NCBI GenBank assembly: GCA_951406725.2
Contig: OX597822.1
Span: forward strand, 109,740,001-109,804,000
Source of the DNA: Octopus vulgaris
Lineage: Eukaryota
Reading direction: 5' to 3'
DNA length: 64,000 bases
Shown here: positions 39,419-52,023 of the stretch, one piece after another
Layout: every line of letters begins with the position of its first letter
Position numbering within the stretch: position 1 is the stretch's first letter
Translations under genes and position numbers: made by a program
Notes under the pieces: generated by a model
Databases searched by the model: none
What the model was told of the DNA's origin: nothing
Seen by the model: only the letters and a program-made list of their open reading frames with translations

Positions 39419-40693
39419 TACACACACAAACACACACACATATATATATATACAATTTAAAGATAGGTTAAATTCTTTATAAGGAATTATCAAGTACTTA
39501 GCGTGAAAAACCTCATAAGGGAAAATTTAGAGGGAGAGAGAAAGAAAGGGAGGGAGAGATTTCTAAATCCATTTTCCGATACAGTCTATATAGTAGATAG
39601 ATAGCGCTGAAGTTCTCCAAGTTAGAGCTAAATTACTGCAGTTAAATATGTACGCTTGAACTTCTTTGTACACAAAACTCTAGGAATTACTGATATTCAT
39701 TCACTCCAGAGACGTCCAATAATGAGATTATATTTGAAATTATTACTGAGACGGAGAAAAGAAAAAAAATATCTTATAATATTTATTTCTGTCTAGACCT
39801 AACTCTTGTGTATTAGACTCAAAAAGTTTTTGCCTTTAATTTCATAAAAAGTCAAATACAAACACGATAAGCAATTTTACCCTCTACAGATACTGGAAAA
39901 AAAAAAAAGAAAAAAAAAAGTTTAAAACAGAATAAAATGATTAGTAATCCGTGCATAAATATGAACGTGAAGTTTATATATTGAAATATAATATACAGAT
40001 GAACGTGTGGCCATACTGAGCAATGAATTATTCAACATCCCAGAGCAAGCCGAAACTGAAAAGATACGCCTGAAGCGCTAACTAGTAAAGCAAGCAAAAT
40101 AGATTTTGATAATATGATAGGCAATCGTAATTCATCAAAATCATTGATCTGCTTCACCAACACATTTCCAAGCTAAGTAACACTCGTACAGTTGCATGAG
40201 AAACTAAAAGAAGTAATATTGTTTACACAGTGCAGTTCTGGAACGTGACTTACTGTCATAAAAACAAAGACAGAGCTTCATGTAATTTCGTCAGGCGTGT
40301 CGTTCATAAAGTATTCCATAAATAATATTCTTTTTATTGCATTATTGATGAAATTTACTCTCCATAATAAACGCAGGGATGCAAATTTTCCCATAAATAA
40401 TTCAAAACCATTTCTATTTATTGGATCAGACACAAATTGGATTTTCACTTTCTTTTGTGCGTTTACAATTCTGTTAATATTTCCTATAGCTTTCAATTGC
40501 ACCCTACGTTGTGTTGAATCTTTCCTATACGTTCATGCATACAATGATGCATAGTTATGTGTCTGTATGTGTGTATACACATGCATGCTCACAGACACAC
40601 AAACACACACACAGTCACACACACACGTTGCTTGAAAAAAAGTTCGTTTCTATGTTTTTGTTTTTATGTTTTCGTTTCTCATTGCGTTGAACG

Positions 40694-41422
40694 TTTTTGG
40701 TGTCCTGTACCCATATATGCATGTATATATATATATATACATATATATACTCTTTAAATTGTTTCAACTTTAAAGCTGTGGTCATGGTGTGGCATGATAT
40801 ATATACATGTGTGTGTGTGTTTGTACGTATGTATGTATACACACGCACCTATATAATTAACAACGAGGAAAGTGAAATTGCTATTATACAGTTATGTATA
40901 TACTGTAGATAGTTAGAGGCGTGATGTTCAAAACAGTACCCAATGCCTCTTAGCACTGGGTATTCAAGAAGTGATCGTTATTTATGGCTATGCCATCTTG
41001 TCCCTTAAATCTAATTCCACATCAGAAAGAATACGAGGTGAGCTGTGGGCGATCCGTTGTTCAGAACATATGCGCATGTGTGTGTATGTCTCATGTGGGG
41101 GGGGGGGGATATTTGAGTGGGGACTAAATGTATTTGGAAGAAACGGAAGGAAAAATATAGAAAATCACAAATATTCTAGCAATCGTTGAGATGAAGGAAG
41201 TGGGAAATTTTTTGATTAGGATTTTTTGACCGACATTTAGATTTGAGCATCTCAGTTCAGAGGAATTTTCAAATAATATATTTTTGATGTCCTGTACCCA
41301 TATATGCATGTATATATACACATATATATACTCTTTAAATTGTTTCAACTTTAAAGCTGTGGTCATGCTGGGGCATGTTATATATACATGTGTGTGTGTG
41401 TGTTTGTACGCACCTATATAAT
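40694..41422. repeat. Pair of ~150-bp direct repeats (40694-40856, 41281-41422)
   Basis: TGTCCTGTACCCATATATGCATG...CTCTTTAAATTGTTTCAACTTTAAAGCTGTGGTCATG in both. Confidence 0.85.
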
Positions 41423-42071
41423 AAAGACATTAGGTGGTTCATTTTTGCACCGTTGTATACTTGATTAATAGCTAAGAGTTGTGTCATATTTCCTTTTTTT
41501 AATTTTTATTTATCCTTTCTTTTCTCGTTAATTTTTTTTGCGCAACCCTTCGCGTTTCGGAGGAACCGCGAAAGTCACGATCAGTGCCACGCACCTGAGC
41601 CCCACCCCATTTGAAGTTTACAGAATATGCTTGCTTCTTGCCATGAAACAGTGTCGCACGATGGAAAACCATCAAGGACCACATTGCAGTAACAAACGGA
41701 ATAGATGAAACAGCACAGTATATCGTCTCAAGTAGACAGACTAAATTAATATCTAGCTCAAATCACTTATCCTGACTTAAATGTTTATGTAAACATAAAC
41801 TGGATTTTCCCTTACACCATAATGGTATCTACCTGGAGATATCAGCATTTATGCTTCCTGGAGGCATTGTACGTTTCAGGTCCTTCAACATCAGAGATAT
41901 TAAGCGAATTAGCCATGGTTGATAACGCCGCCAGCTTGAGTCCACTTAGCACAAGCCCTAATAACACATATAAATAAATATACAGATGTATGTATGCATA
42001 TGTGTGTTTATGTGTGGATGTGCGTGTGTGTGTGCGCGTGAGAGAGAGAGAGAGAGAGAGCGAGCGTAAGT

Positions 42072-42210
42072 GTAAGAGTATTTCTATGTTTTGATGCTAG
42101 GCATCCTTAACGCTTCAAGATATTCACCATTCCATAGATGTAAGAGTGCATTTCTATGATTTAATGATAAGCAGGCTTAATGCTTCAAGGTATTCGGTAT
42201 TCTGTAGAAT
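42072..42210. repeat. Two-copy ~68-bp diverged tandem repeat
   Basis: GTAAGAGT..ATTTCTATG.TT..ATG.TA.GCA..CTTAA.GCTTCAAG.TATTC twice. Confidence 0.7.
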
Positions 42211-44183
42211 GAACAAAACATTAATTCCAAAAATCTTCTAGAAGATTCCAACATGATTCCCTGAAGAAATCCAAGATAATCTCAGTTACTGAATTCATAT
42301 TCCATTCTTCATAACAAATATATTTTGTGTTGATTTGTTTTGCTTTTCACCTCATTTCATCAACCAAATTCTCTTAAATTATAATCGTACAGCTGTAGGT
42401 TACAAATATTTTTGACTGGCAAATATTTGATTTACCATGTTTACCTTCGATGCGATTCCTCTCAAAATTAACTAGCGTTTTGTAACCACGATGCTGAAAT
42501 AGAAGTTGCATTCTCTTGTGACTAAGAAAACGAAAAAAAGTTAAGACAAGAATATAGTAAAAGTACATGGTGTCTTGTTATTTTTAAAGGTCGCGTATTT
42601 ATTTACTCATATCTGAGTATGTTTACATTTAACTTATATTTTGCTTTGGTACAAATTCACCTAGCACACTCCTAGATTAATGACTCCTCGTAAGTTAAGT
42701 TACATATCGGTAAGTTCGTAGATAGGTACCTTGACAGGCACATCGTATATTTACATAAATAAACAGATAGTTGATTATCATATTTAGCAGAAATTTTTCG
42801 ATATAAAAGTACATAACTCATCTCTAAGTATCGATTTTTGGTCATATAAGAATGCATTTATTGATATATAATGAAGCTGCTTGTTTATATAAAACATTTT
42901 CTTTTATTTTAAATTTAAGTGCATGACCTGCCATTTTATATACACACATATCTGTGTGTGTGTGTGTGTGTGTGTAGCTTTGTATGTATTCATGATAGAA
43001 ACATACGCACATGCATATATGTGTATATATACATACATACATTCATATATACATACAAACATACATACATACATACATACATACATACATACATACATAC
43101 ATACATACATACATACATACATACAATTAGTCTCACTCGATTTTGTACAGGAAATAGTCGAGCCTTATTGATTTCTTTTGGAAGCATTTCCTACAAATAT
43201 ATAGATTACTTATTATTCATTATACATTTCATAGTTTCCATAAGCTTTTGTATTTATATATCAATTAATTTTTTGCAGTCATCCATTCCAGCTATCAATT
43301 AATATTTTTTTTTTATATATTTTACTTTCTTTCTGATTTTTATTTCTTTTTTTCTTGCATGGTTAAAGTTTCGGAAGCCTGCAAAGTGGAAATGCTTAAT
43401 AGACATAGAGCTGTTTAAATATGTTAGATGTTAAGTAGCACAGAGCTATATCTACCATTAATTCTTTGAACTATATATGGTTACTGTCTAAAATGCAGGA
43501 TTACAGTTGGTGAGTTGACAAAGTTCTTATATTTCCTTCCAGATTGTATTGAATGAATTTGTTGTAACTAACATGTATCAGATTCACTTATGCTTCTCAA
43601 ACAGAATTTGATCGTTTTGCCAGATGTATTCGTAATGAATTCATTCTCTGTCGCTTTCCGAAACGATAATTAATGTTTCAGGAATATAATCTGAGAATAA
43701 AAAAGCGATATCTGCTTAATTGATCAAATATTGATTGTCATCTGAGATAATACGAAAAAAAATCAATCATAAATGCACGGATTTCTCTTGTTCAGTACTT
43801 TCACATCAGGCCACACTGTTCGTCAGTTTCCTCATTTTGTTGCTTCGAAAATCGTTTGTATATAGAACTAAATATTTAACATCTACAGACTCAAAAGCTG
43901 ATAGAACAGAATTTATGCCCGGAATCATTGTCATTTTTATAATATATTACCTATTACTTTCTTATACAGTTTCCGATAGATGACAATATTTTCAACAGCT
44001 GACGACGAAACCTCACAATGGGTTCGGTAGCTTCTAGTAGTAACACTACACCCAATGGTACCGAGCAGCATACATATAAGCAAGGAAGGCTAGGTTTTGG
44101 CAGGACAATATTGTAGTATAGATTTTCTTACGGTTATCGAAGTACAAATGGAAGTCGAACCAACTGCTTTTTTATTTTACTAC

Positions 44184-44239
<56 letters not shown>

Positions 44240-44245
44240 TATATA

Positions 44246-44400
44246 TAACGGGAAGCTTTATGAAAATAAATAAAAGAGGAAGGCAGGTGGAATACAAACA
44301 AACAATTGTATTAGTATGGCGCTCAGGAATATAAATAAAAGAAGTCTTTTACGTTTCGAGCCTACGCTCTTCAACAGAAAGATACACAGAAAAGAAACAC

Positions 44401-44401
<1 letters not shown>
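44246..44401 (-). mobile_element. Hammerhead-bearing element family E (best copy)
   Basis: Near-identical to 2766-2920; 3' end in (TA)n. Confidence 0.65.
44346..44381 (-). ncRNA. Minimal type I hammerhead-like motif with variant core
   Basis: CUUU-CUGUUGA-A-GAGC(GUAG)GCUC-GAAAC-GUA-AAAG. Confidence 0.65.
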
Positions 44402-44436
<35 letters not shown>

Positions 44437-44499
44437 TGTGTGTGTGTGCGCGCGTGTGTGTGTGTGTGCGCGTGTTTGTGTGTGTATGTATATGTAGTC

Positions 44500-44700
44500 G
44501 CAATTACTGACCGCTAAATCTACAAGTCTTTTTTTATTCTCTCCCTTATTCTCTCTGTTTATTTCTTCGTCTTCCTTTCTGTTGAACAGTGTAGGCTCAA
44601 AACGTAAGAGACTTTCTCATCTTCTTCAACCATCAAACTAATACACCTGTTTGTTGTTTATACACCTGTCTTTGTCTTTTGTTTTTCGGTAAATTTCAAC
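44500..44700 (+). mobile_element. Hammerhead-bearing element family E, diverged
   Basis: CTTTCTGTTGAACAGTGTAGGCTCAAAACGTAAGAGAC at 44575-44612. Confidence 0.5.
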
Positions 44701-44706
44701 TATATA

Positions 44707-45204
44707 TCATTATATATAAAAGTGAGGTTGTGTGCTGTCTGTCTCCTACGATTTAGATTCCTAACTACTCCCACATTTTGCGGTGCAGTTTAACCAAAAC
44801 CGGGTATCTTATAGTCGTGATTCCTATCGAGCCCTTCTGGGTATTAGTGCGCGTCTACAATGAGTCTACGATTTTAAACATAATTTACCATCATTTTTTT
44901 CCATTTTAATGCATTTTTTTCGCTATTATATAAGGGAAATAACTCTCTAAAAATGTCTACGATGAGTCAACGATTTTTGAAAAAAATTACCATAAATTTT
45001 TCTCATTTTTAATGCATTTTTGGCATATATAAGGGAAGTAACTCTCTAAAAAATTATTATTAAATCTCAGAATGTAAAAAGCTACAGTAACACCCCCCTT
45101 TTGTGGTTAGCCATATTGAGATGGCTATTATACTTTACATCTCTAAAAATGCTTATATAGTTATATCCCTTACAAACCCGAGCAACGCCGGGCGATACTG
45201 CTAG
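44707..45204 (+). mobile_element. Non-autonomous Helitron family D
   Basis: A|TC ... CCCGAGCAACGCCGGG-CGATACTG-CTAG|T; internal ~100-bp duplication. Confidence 0.85.
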
Positions 45205-45474
45205 TATATATATATATATATATGTACGTATGTATTGACACACTTTTAAAGCAGTTGTTTGAAAATCATTCGTGATATTCTTACAGCAAGGTGAAGTGTT
45301 CAGAAAATAATCCAAGGACGTACCCGACCTGTCTCTATCTTCACTTATATATTTAATCTAACATAAATCCCTATCCGTTTACAGAGAGAAAGAGAGGGAG
45401 AGAAAGAGCGACAAAGAAATTTAGGGAGGGTTGCTGAGTTTATGAAGAGTAGTAGTGTTGATGGCGGCAGTGGA

Positions 45475-45849
45475 ACATGGAAGCACTCCGTCGGTTACGA
45501 CGACGAGGGTTCCGGTTGATCCGAATCAACGGAACAGCCTGCTCGTGAAATTAACGTGTAAGTGGCTGAGCACTCCACAGACACGTGTACCCTTAACGTA
45601 GTTCTCGGGGATATTCAGCGTGACACAGAGTGTGACAAGGCCGGCCCCTTTGAAATACAGGTACAACAGAAACAGGAAGTAAGTGTGAGAGAAATTGTGG
45701 TGAAAGAGTACGGCAGGGATCACCACCATCCCCTGCCGGAGCCTCGTGGAGCTTTTAGGTGTTTTCGCTCAATAAACACTCACAACGCCCGGTCTGGGAA
45801 TCGAAGCCGCGATTCCGCTGCCCTAACCACTGGGCCATTGCGCCTCTAC
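45475..45849 (-). mobile_element. SINE group C, long form
   Basis: tRNA head at 45790-45849 on minus; body shared with 3576-3789 and 20500-20688. Confidence 0.85.
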
Positions 45850-45885
45850 AGTGGGAGTATTAATAATAGAGAGAGAGAGAGAGAG

Positions 45886-45971
<86 letters not shown>

Positions 45972-46335
45972 GAAGAGCAGGTATGTAAGAGAAAAAGTGA
46001 CTGCATGTTGCACCTTACATACTAAACGTTGAACTAACATACTGAACACAATTCATTTACACACACTTTTTGTGATGATCATGGGGTGATAATAATAATG
46101 TGATAGAGGCGGAAACGGCGCTGATGATTGGGGTAGTAGTGATGGTTGCTGAGGTGGCCAGGGATGACCGTGAGAGCAAGTGACGTGAAAGAGAGCGGTG
46201 AAGGTGGTGGAGTGGAAGGTGGTGCAATGAAAGGTATTGATGGTGATGACATCAGAAATCTGAATGGTATGTGCATGGCAGATGTGGTGGCGCTGGTGGT
46301 GGTAGTGTTGTTTATTATGCAGCTTTACAATAATT

Positions 46336-46395
<60 letters not shown>

Positions 46396-46397
<2 letters not shown>

Positions 46398-46829
46398 TAT
46401 AAACGTATCTGTCAAGACCTACCAAAAAACTGAGCAAATATAAAGATCTTGAAATAGAAATCAGCAAAATGTGGAAGCTGAAGACTAAAACAATAACTGT
46501 TGTCATAGGTGCCCTGGGAATGATAGTGAAAGGGACTGATTGCTACCTAACTCAGATACCAGGAAATCCCAAAATGGCAGAAATTCAAAAGATAGTGCTC
46601 ATGGGAACTGCTCATATCCTACGCAAAATACTCTCTATGTAATCCCAAGGGTTAAAACAAACTTTTTTTTTATGTATTAGACAATCACTAGTACAACACC
46701 AAAAAAAAAAAACAAATATATGGCACACTAGGCATAACAACAACGTGAACTCCCAACCTGTTGTCTCTTGAGGTCTCTGGGTGAGACTTGGAGCCAACTT
46801 GTACAGACATAAAGCAAAAGTCAAACATA

Positions 46830-46830
<1 letters not shown>
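46396..46830 (+). mobile_element. Dong/R4-clade LINE 3' end in an (AAT)n array
   Basis: KLSKYKDLEIEISKMWKLKTKTITVVIGALGMIVKG...QKIVLMGTAHILRKILSM*; (AAT)n on both sides. Confidence 0.9.
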
Positions 46831-46889
<59 letters not shown>

Positions 46890-46947
46890 CAACAACAACA
46901 TCGAAAAATATCTTGGGAATGAGAACTCAGGTTCGAAATTTCCCCAA

Positions 46948-46993
46948 GACACCTGAAGAAGGCTGGCGGGTATATCAGCCGAAACGTTGTGTT
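46948..46993 (+). ncRNA. Minimal type I hammerhead ribozyme with intact core
   Basis: GACAC-CUGAAGA-A-GGCUG(10 nt)CAGCC-GAAAC-GUU-GUGUU; inside a ~155-bp element (46900-47055) ending in (AATGTAAAT)3. Confidence 0.8.
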
Positions 46994-47664
46994 AACAACA
47001 AACAAGATGAGGACAAATATCCATCGAATGTAAATAATGTAAATAATGTAAATATTGTTCAAGCTTAATAAAATTTAATATGTATAATGAACGAAGTCTC
47101 ATTGTTTGCCCCAAGGCCCAATGAAAAGCCCTCCACAGGAGCTAGGTTAAAAGCCACCGGATTGGGCGGCGTTTAAGCAAGTATACGGATATATATATAC
47201 AAATATTTTACTGTGTATACATTATTAATCAACGCTTAAACTAATGTATCGACGATAAAATTCACCCATGACAATATGTTTTTTCTTTTATATTTTTAGT
47301 TACATCAAAATATTTAGTGTTAATATATCAGGTGGTGAGTCGAAGATGGCATTTGACAATGAATACCATTTTACTCTTTTACCCGTTTCAGACACGCGGT
47401 TGAAAATATTTTGGAAAGTGTCACCTGTTGTCTTTTTATAGATTTATGTGTTTCGCACGAGCATTCGCACATTTAGATAAACGGATTATGCGTCAGTTCC
47501 TAATGCACATTCACAGTTTTCTCTATGTGAATATATATTTTGCAACAGCTCGTTGCTGAAATACATAGGTTCCATTAATGTAACTTATGTTTGAATTAAA
47601 AGACCAGTACAATATTATTATTATATTGGAATATCAGACCACTCAAATCGTTATTTGTGTTTCA

Positions 47665-48050
47665 TCTTTATAAATAAAGGAGAAGTTGTGTGTCTGTCTC
47701 CTCCGATTTAGATTCCTAACTACTCCCACATTTTGCGGTGCAGTTTAACCAAAACCGGTATAGTCGTGATTCATATCGAGCCCTTCTTGGTCTTAGCGCA
47801 CATCTACGATGAGTCTACGATTAAAAAAAAAATTACCATCATTTTCTTCCATTTTAATGCATTTCTTTCGCTATTATATAAGGGAAGTAATTCTCTAAAA
47901 ATGTCTACGATGAGTCAACGATTTTTAAAAAAGTTTACCATCATTTTTTTCCATTTTTAATGCATTTTTTTTGCTATTTTTTGGCTCTCTAAAAATGCTT
48001 ATATAGTTATTTCCCATACAAACCCGAGCAACGCCGGGCGATACTGCTAG
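47665..48050 (+). mobile_element. Non-autonomous Helitron family D
   Basis: TC...hairpin...CTAG. Confidence 0.85.
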
Positions 48051-48493
48051 TACTAAATAAATATACAACGCTCAAAAGCATGATTCTGTGATTTTTGTCA
48101 TAAAAAGCCCATTAGAGACATGTTCTAAAAACACAATATTGCAGTAGTAATTCACAAAGACAACAGACGCATTTCACCCTGCTTAGAGTTTGTCAACGCC
48201 CTACATTTCGCTCTTACTGGCTTAAACGAAACTTTTACTTGAATTAAGTAATAGTGAGTTATACAAGAAAGAGTGATGAATGCATTCGCTTATATTACTG
48301 AAAGATTGTCCCGGCTGTAAAAAATATCACCCAATGTAGAGTGAAATACGACTGTTGTTCTTGTGATTCACTGCTGAGACGACGTTGGTATCACGCTGAT
48401 ATATATTGGGATTTTAGCACAACGTCTGTATGAAGAGAGGTTTTTCTTAAACAAAAATCAAAACAACTTTAAACAATGAATATTTATTTAATA

Positions 48494-48892
48494 CTAGCAG
48501 TATCGCCCAGCGTTGCTCGGGTTTGTAAGGGAAATAACTATATAAGAATTTTTAGAGAGTTATAGCCAAAAAAATAGCAAAAATATGCATTAAAAATGGA
48601 AAGAAATTATGGTAAATTTGTTTTTAAATCGTTGACTCATCGTAGACATTTTTAGAGAGTTATTTCCCTTATATAATAGCGAAAAAATGCATTAAAATGG
48701 AAAAAAATTATGGTAAACTTTTTTTTAAAATCATAGACTCATCGTAGACGCGCGCTAATACCCAGAAGGGCTTGATATGAATCACGACTATAAGATACCC
48801 GGTTTTGGTTAAACTGCACCGCAAAATGTGGGAGTAGTTAGGAATCTAAATCGTAGGAGGCAGACACACAACCTCACTTTTATATATAAAGA
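48494..48892 (-). mobile_element. Non-autonomous Helitron family D
   Basis: Inverted relative to 47665-48050. Confidence 0.85.
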
Positions 48893-49416
48893 TAACACAC
48901 AGATGGCAGTTTTAATCAACTGTGTTCACTGAGTGTGACATAGCATCCAAAGTTTAAGGTATTTTATAATTTTAAAGCATTTTTAAAAGCAATCATTTTG
49001 CATATACAGCAAAAACAGTTCTGAATTTTTAGGCCGACACGAAGACTGCGATTCTGGTAGAGAAATTAATATAATATTAAGATACATATAATCGGTTCCA
49101 TGTTTCCTTTAAATGATTTAGGAGAATCAGTAACGCGTAAACCATGCTCAATATAATTTTCTGACAGAATGTAAATTATCATCGTAAAGTTGTGTAAACA
49201 TCCAGAATTTATGCACTGACAATTTTGAAATTCTTGTATTAAAATATCTGCAAACTGATTGTCTTCCGCCTTCTTACCGACGCTTCTCTCTTTTGTTATA
49301 TACGTGGGTGAACCACACGCAAACACACACACTTACACATACACACACCACGTACATACGCACACACAAACATGCATATACATGCATATACATAAGGATA
49401 TATATATACACATATA

Positions 49417-49592
<176 letters not shown>

Positions 49593-49678
49593 TCTAGTAG
49601 AATGTTGATATATACATACTTAAACACATAAAAATACAAACATACATACACATATGTGTATGTTTATATATATATATA

Positions 49679-49870
49679 TACAAAATAAGAAAATGGAGGA
49701 ATAGATTTCTTTCAATCATCAACTTCCAGATAATACAAATTCATATAATTTATTAACTAATTGTTTATATTAAATTTAATATAAATAATTAGTTAATAAA
49801 TTATATGAATTGGTATTATCTGGAAGTTGATGATTGAAAGAAATCTATTCCTCCATTTTCTTATTTTGTA
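49679..49870. repeat. 192-bp spacer-less palindrome
   Basis: Centre ATTAAA|TTTAAT (49774/49775); 96-bp arms with 2 mismatches; right arm extends to (TA)n at ~50046. Confidence 0.95.
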
Positions 49871-50197
49871 TTATGAATTTGAGGTAAAACATTTTACCTT
49901 CGCCCATATAATACAATAAATGAAATAATTGCATTGCAATTCTTAGCATTTATGTATTAGCCTTCTGGGTACTTTACTGGCAGTATATTGGATAAACGAT
50001 AGCCCATAGTGGGTTACACTCATAACCCCTATCTCACTTTGTACTTATATATATATATATATATATTCAACAATATAAGGAATGGCCATATAGGACATTC
50101 GACTCACTAGAAAGAGCAGCCAAACTCAAAGCGCTAAATAGTTGTAATTCTGAAATAGAATGAGAAATAAAAACGTTTACCCCTTTATATACATATA

Positions 50198-50716
50198 CGA
50201 GCAAAACGCACCCCCGCTCCGTCCAATGTACGTTGCTGAGTTGTAAAACATTTAAACCAAATTTTCTCAAAACAACTTGTCCGACCGTCCCATAGGCCTC
50301 CCCTTTGAGAAACACTGATTTAACCTAAATTTGAGACACCAGCAAAAGAAGAAATAAAGATAGACTTTTTTCTATTCCAAAGAAAAACGATTTTATTCAC
50401 ACAAATATGCAACCGAAGAGTTTAAAGTACCATTAATGATAAGGCTGTTGACTGGGAGAACACAAACATGGTTTAAACAGTAAGCTTGGCAGGAAAGAAA
50501 CGTACCTTTAAGCAGTACAAAAACAACAGAAAATGGAAGGTGCAGTTATGTACATGTTGACGGAAGAAAAGAACGTTCCCACGGCTTTATCGATCGCATT
50601 CTCACCTGGAATCGATTTTTGTAATTTATTCCAAGACTTATACACGCCCTGATATCATCGGAATCTACATATCAAATTTGAGCGCAATCGGCTGGAGGAT
50701 GCCCGAGATCCTAGAA

Positions 50717-50767
<51 letters not shown>

Positions 50768-50785
50768 CGGATTTTATATAATAGA
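50198..50785 (-). mobile_element. Non-autonomous Helitron-like family F
   Basis: 5' A|TCTATTATATAAAATC, (TG)n, 3' CTCG|T; second copy at 58248-58824. Confidence 0.7.
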
Positions 50786-50789
50786 TAAT

Positions 50790-50985
50790 CAATCCAAACA
50801 TGAACAAGGAAGAAAAAACAACAACGCGAGGACGTGGAATAAATAAAGTATTATTGGACGCTCAGGAAAGGAAAGAAAAGAAAGAGGATTTCAGGTTTCG
50901 AGCAGAGTTCTTCGTCAGAAATATAGAAAAGGTCCAAAGAAAGGAAGTCGGAGAAATAAAATCGCCAACGATACACACGCGGTCT
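50790..50985 (-). mobile_element. Hammerhead-bearing element, sister of family E with canonical core
   Basis: UUU-CUGACGA-A-GAAC(UCU)GCUC-GAAAC-CUG-AAA at 50889-50921; shares GACGCTCAGGAA with family E. Confidence 0.55.
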
Positions 50986-51121
50986 GCATACAAGGTGTTA
51001 GTGAAACCGAGGATACAATACAAGTCATGTAGCGCAGTGTGATTGAACTTAGAACTGTGTTTGTGAAGCTGCAATCATTCAGTTATATATCTTAGTAATT
51101 TCTTTCCTATATTGAGTGGGA

Positions 51122-51352
51122 AAGGCGGCGAGCTGGCAGAAACGTTAGCGCGCCGGGCGAAATGCTTAGCGGTATTTCGTCTGTCGTTACGTTCTGAGTT
51201 CAAATTCCGCCGAGGTCGACTTTGTCTTTCATCCTTTCGGAGTCGATAAATAAAGTACCAGTTTCGCACTGGGTCGATGTAATCGACTTAATCCGTTTGT
51301 CTGTCCTTGTTTGTCTCCTCTATGTTTAGCCCCTTGTGGGCAGTAAAGAAAT
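51122..51352 (+). mobile_element. SINE group B, full length with TSD
   Basis: TSD TATA(T/C)TGAGTG(G/A)GAAAG at ~51107 and ~51354. Confidence 0.9.
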
Positions 51353-51596
51353 ATATACTGAGTGAGAAAGTGTACAATTGTTGCAAGTTCAATAATTGCT
51401 CAAGGTTAGATGTTTGCATTTAGTATATAAGCTTTAGGGAAATCATAAGTTTTTCTATTCAAATTAGATAATCTAATTGTTTTTAACCTCCGTAAAGAAT
51501 AGATGGATTAGTATACTTTGGTATGTTGACAGAGAATTAGCGATCAGAATCAGAAAACGGAAAGTACTGAGAACTCAGCTTGTTAATTATCTCATA

Positions 51597-51989
51597 CTAG
51601 CAGTATCGCCCGGCGTTGCTCGGGTTTGTAAGGGAAATAACTATATAAATATTTTTAGAGATTTAAAGTACAATAGCCATCTCAATATGGCTAACCACAA
51701 AGGGGGGTGTTACTGTAGCTTTTTACGTTCTGAGATTTAATAATAAAATTTTAGAGAGTTACTTCCCTTATATATGCCAAAAATGCATTAAAAATGGGAA
51801 AAATTGATGGTAAATTATTTTTAAAATCGTACTCATCGTAGACGCGCGCTAATACCCAGAAGGGCTCGATATGAATCACGACTATAAGATACCCGGTTTT
51901 GGTTAAACTGCACCGCAAAATGTGTGAGTAGTTAGGAATCTAAATCGTAGGAGACGGACAGCACACAACCTCACTTTTATATATAAAGA
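51597..51989 (-). mobile_element. Non-autonomous Helitron family D
   Basis: Termini as the other copies. Confidence 0.85.
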
Positions 51990-52023
51990 TTACAACTTCT
52001 AACACCAACAGCTGTTTCAGTAC

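Noticed and set aside
43788-43830. Minus-strand CUGACGA-ACA..UGU-GAAAG-UA-CUG
   Set aside because: Palindromic stem III present, but stem I does not pair and the triplet is NUG; too degenerate to call.
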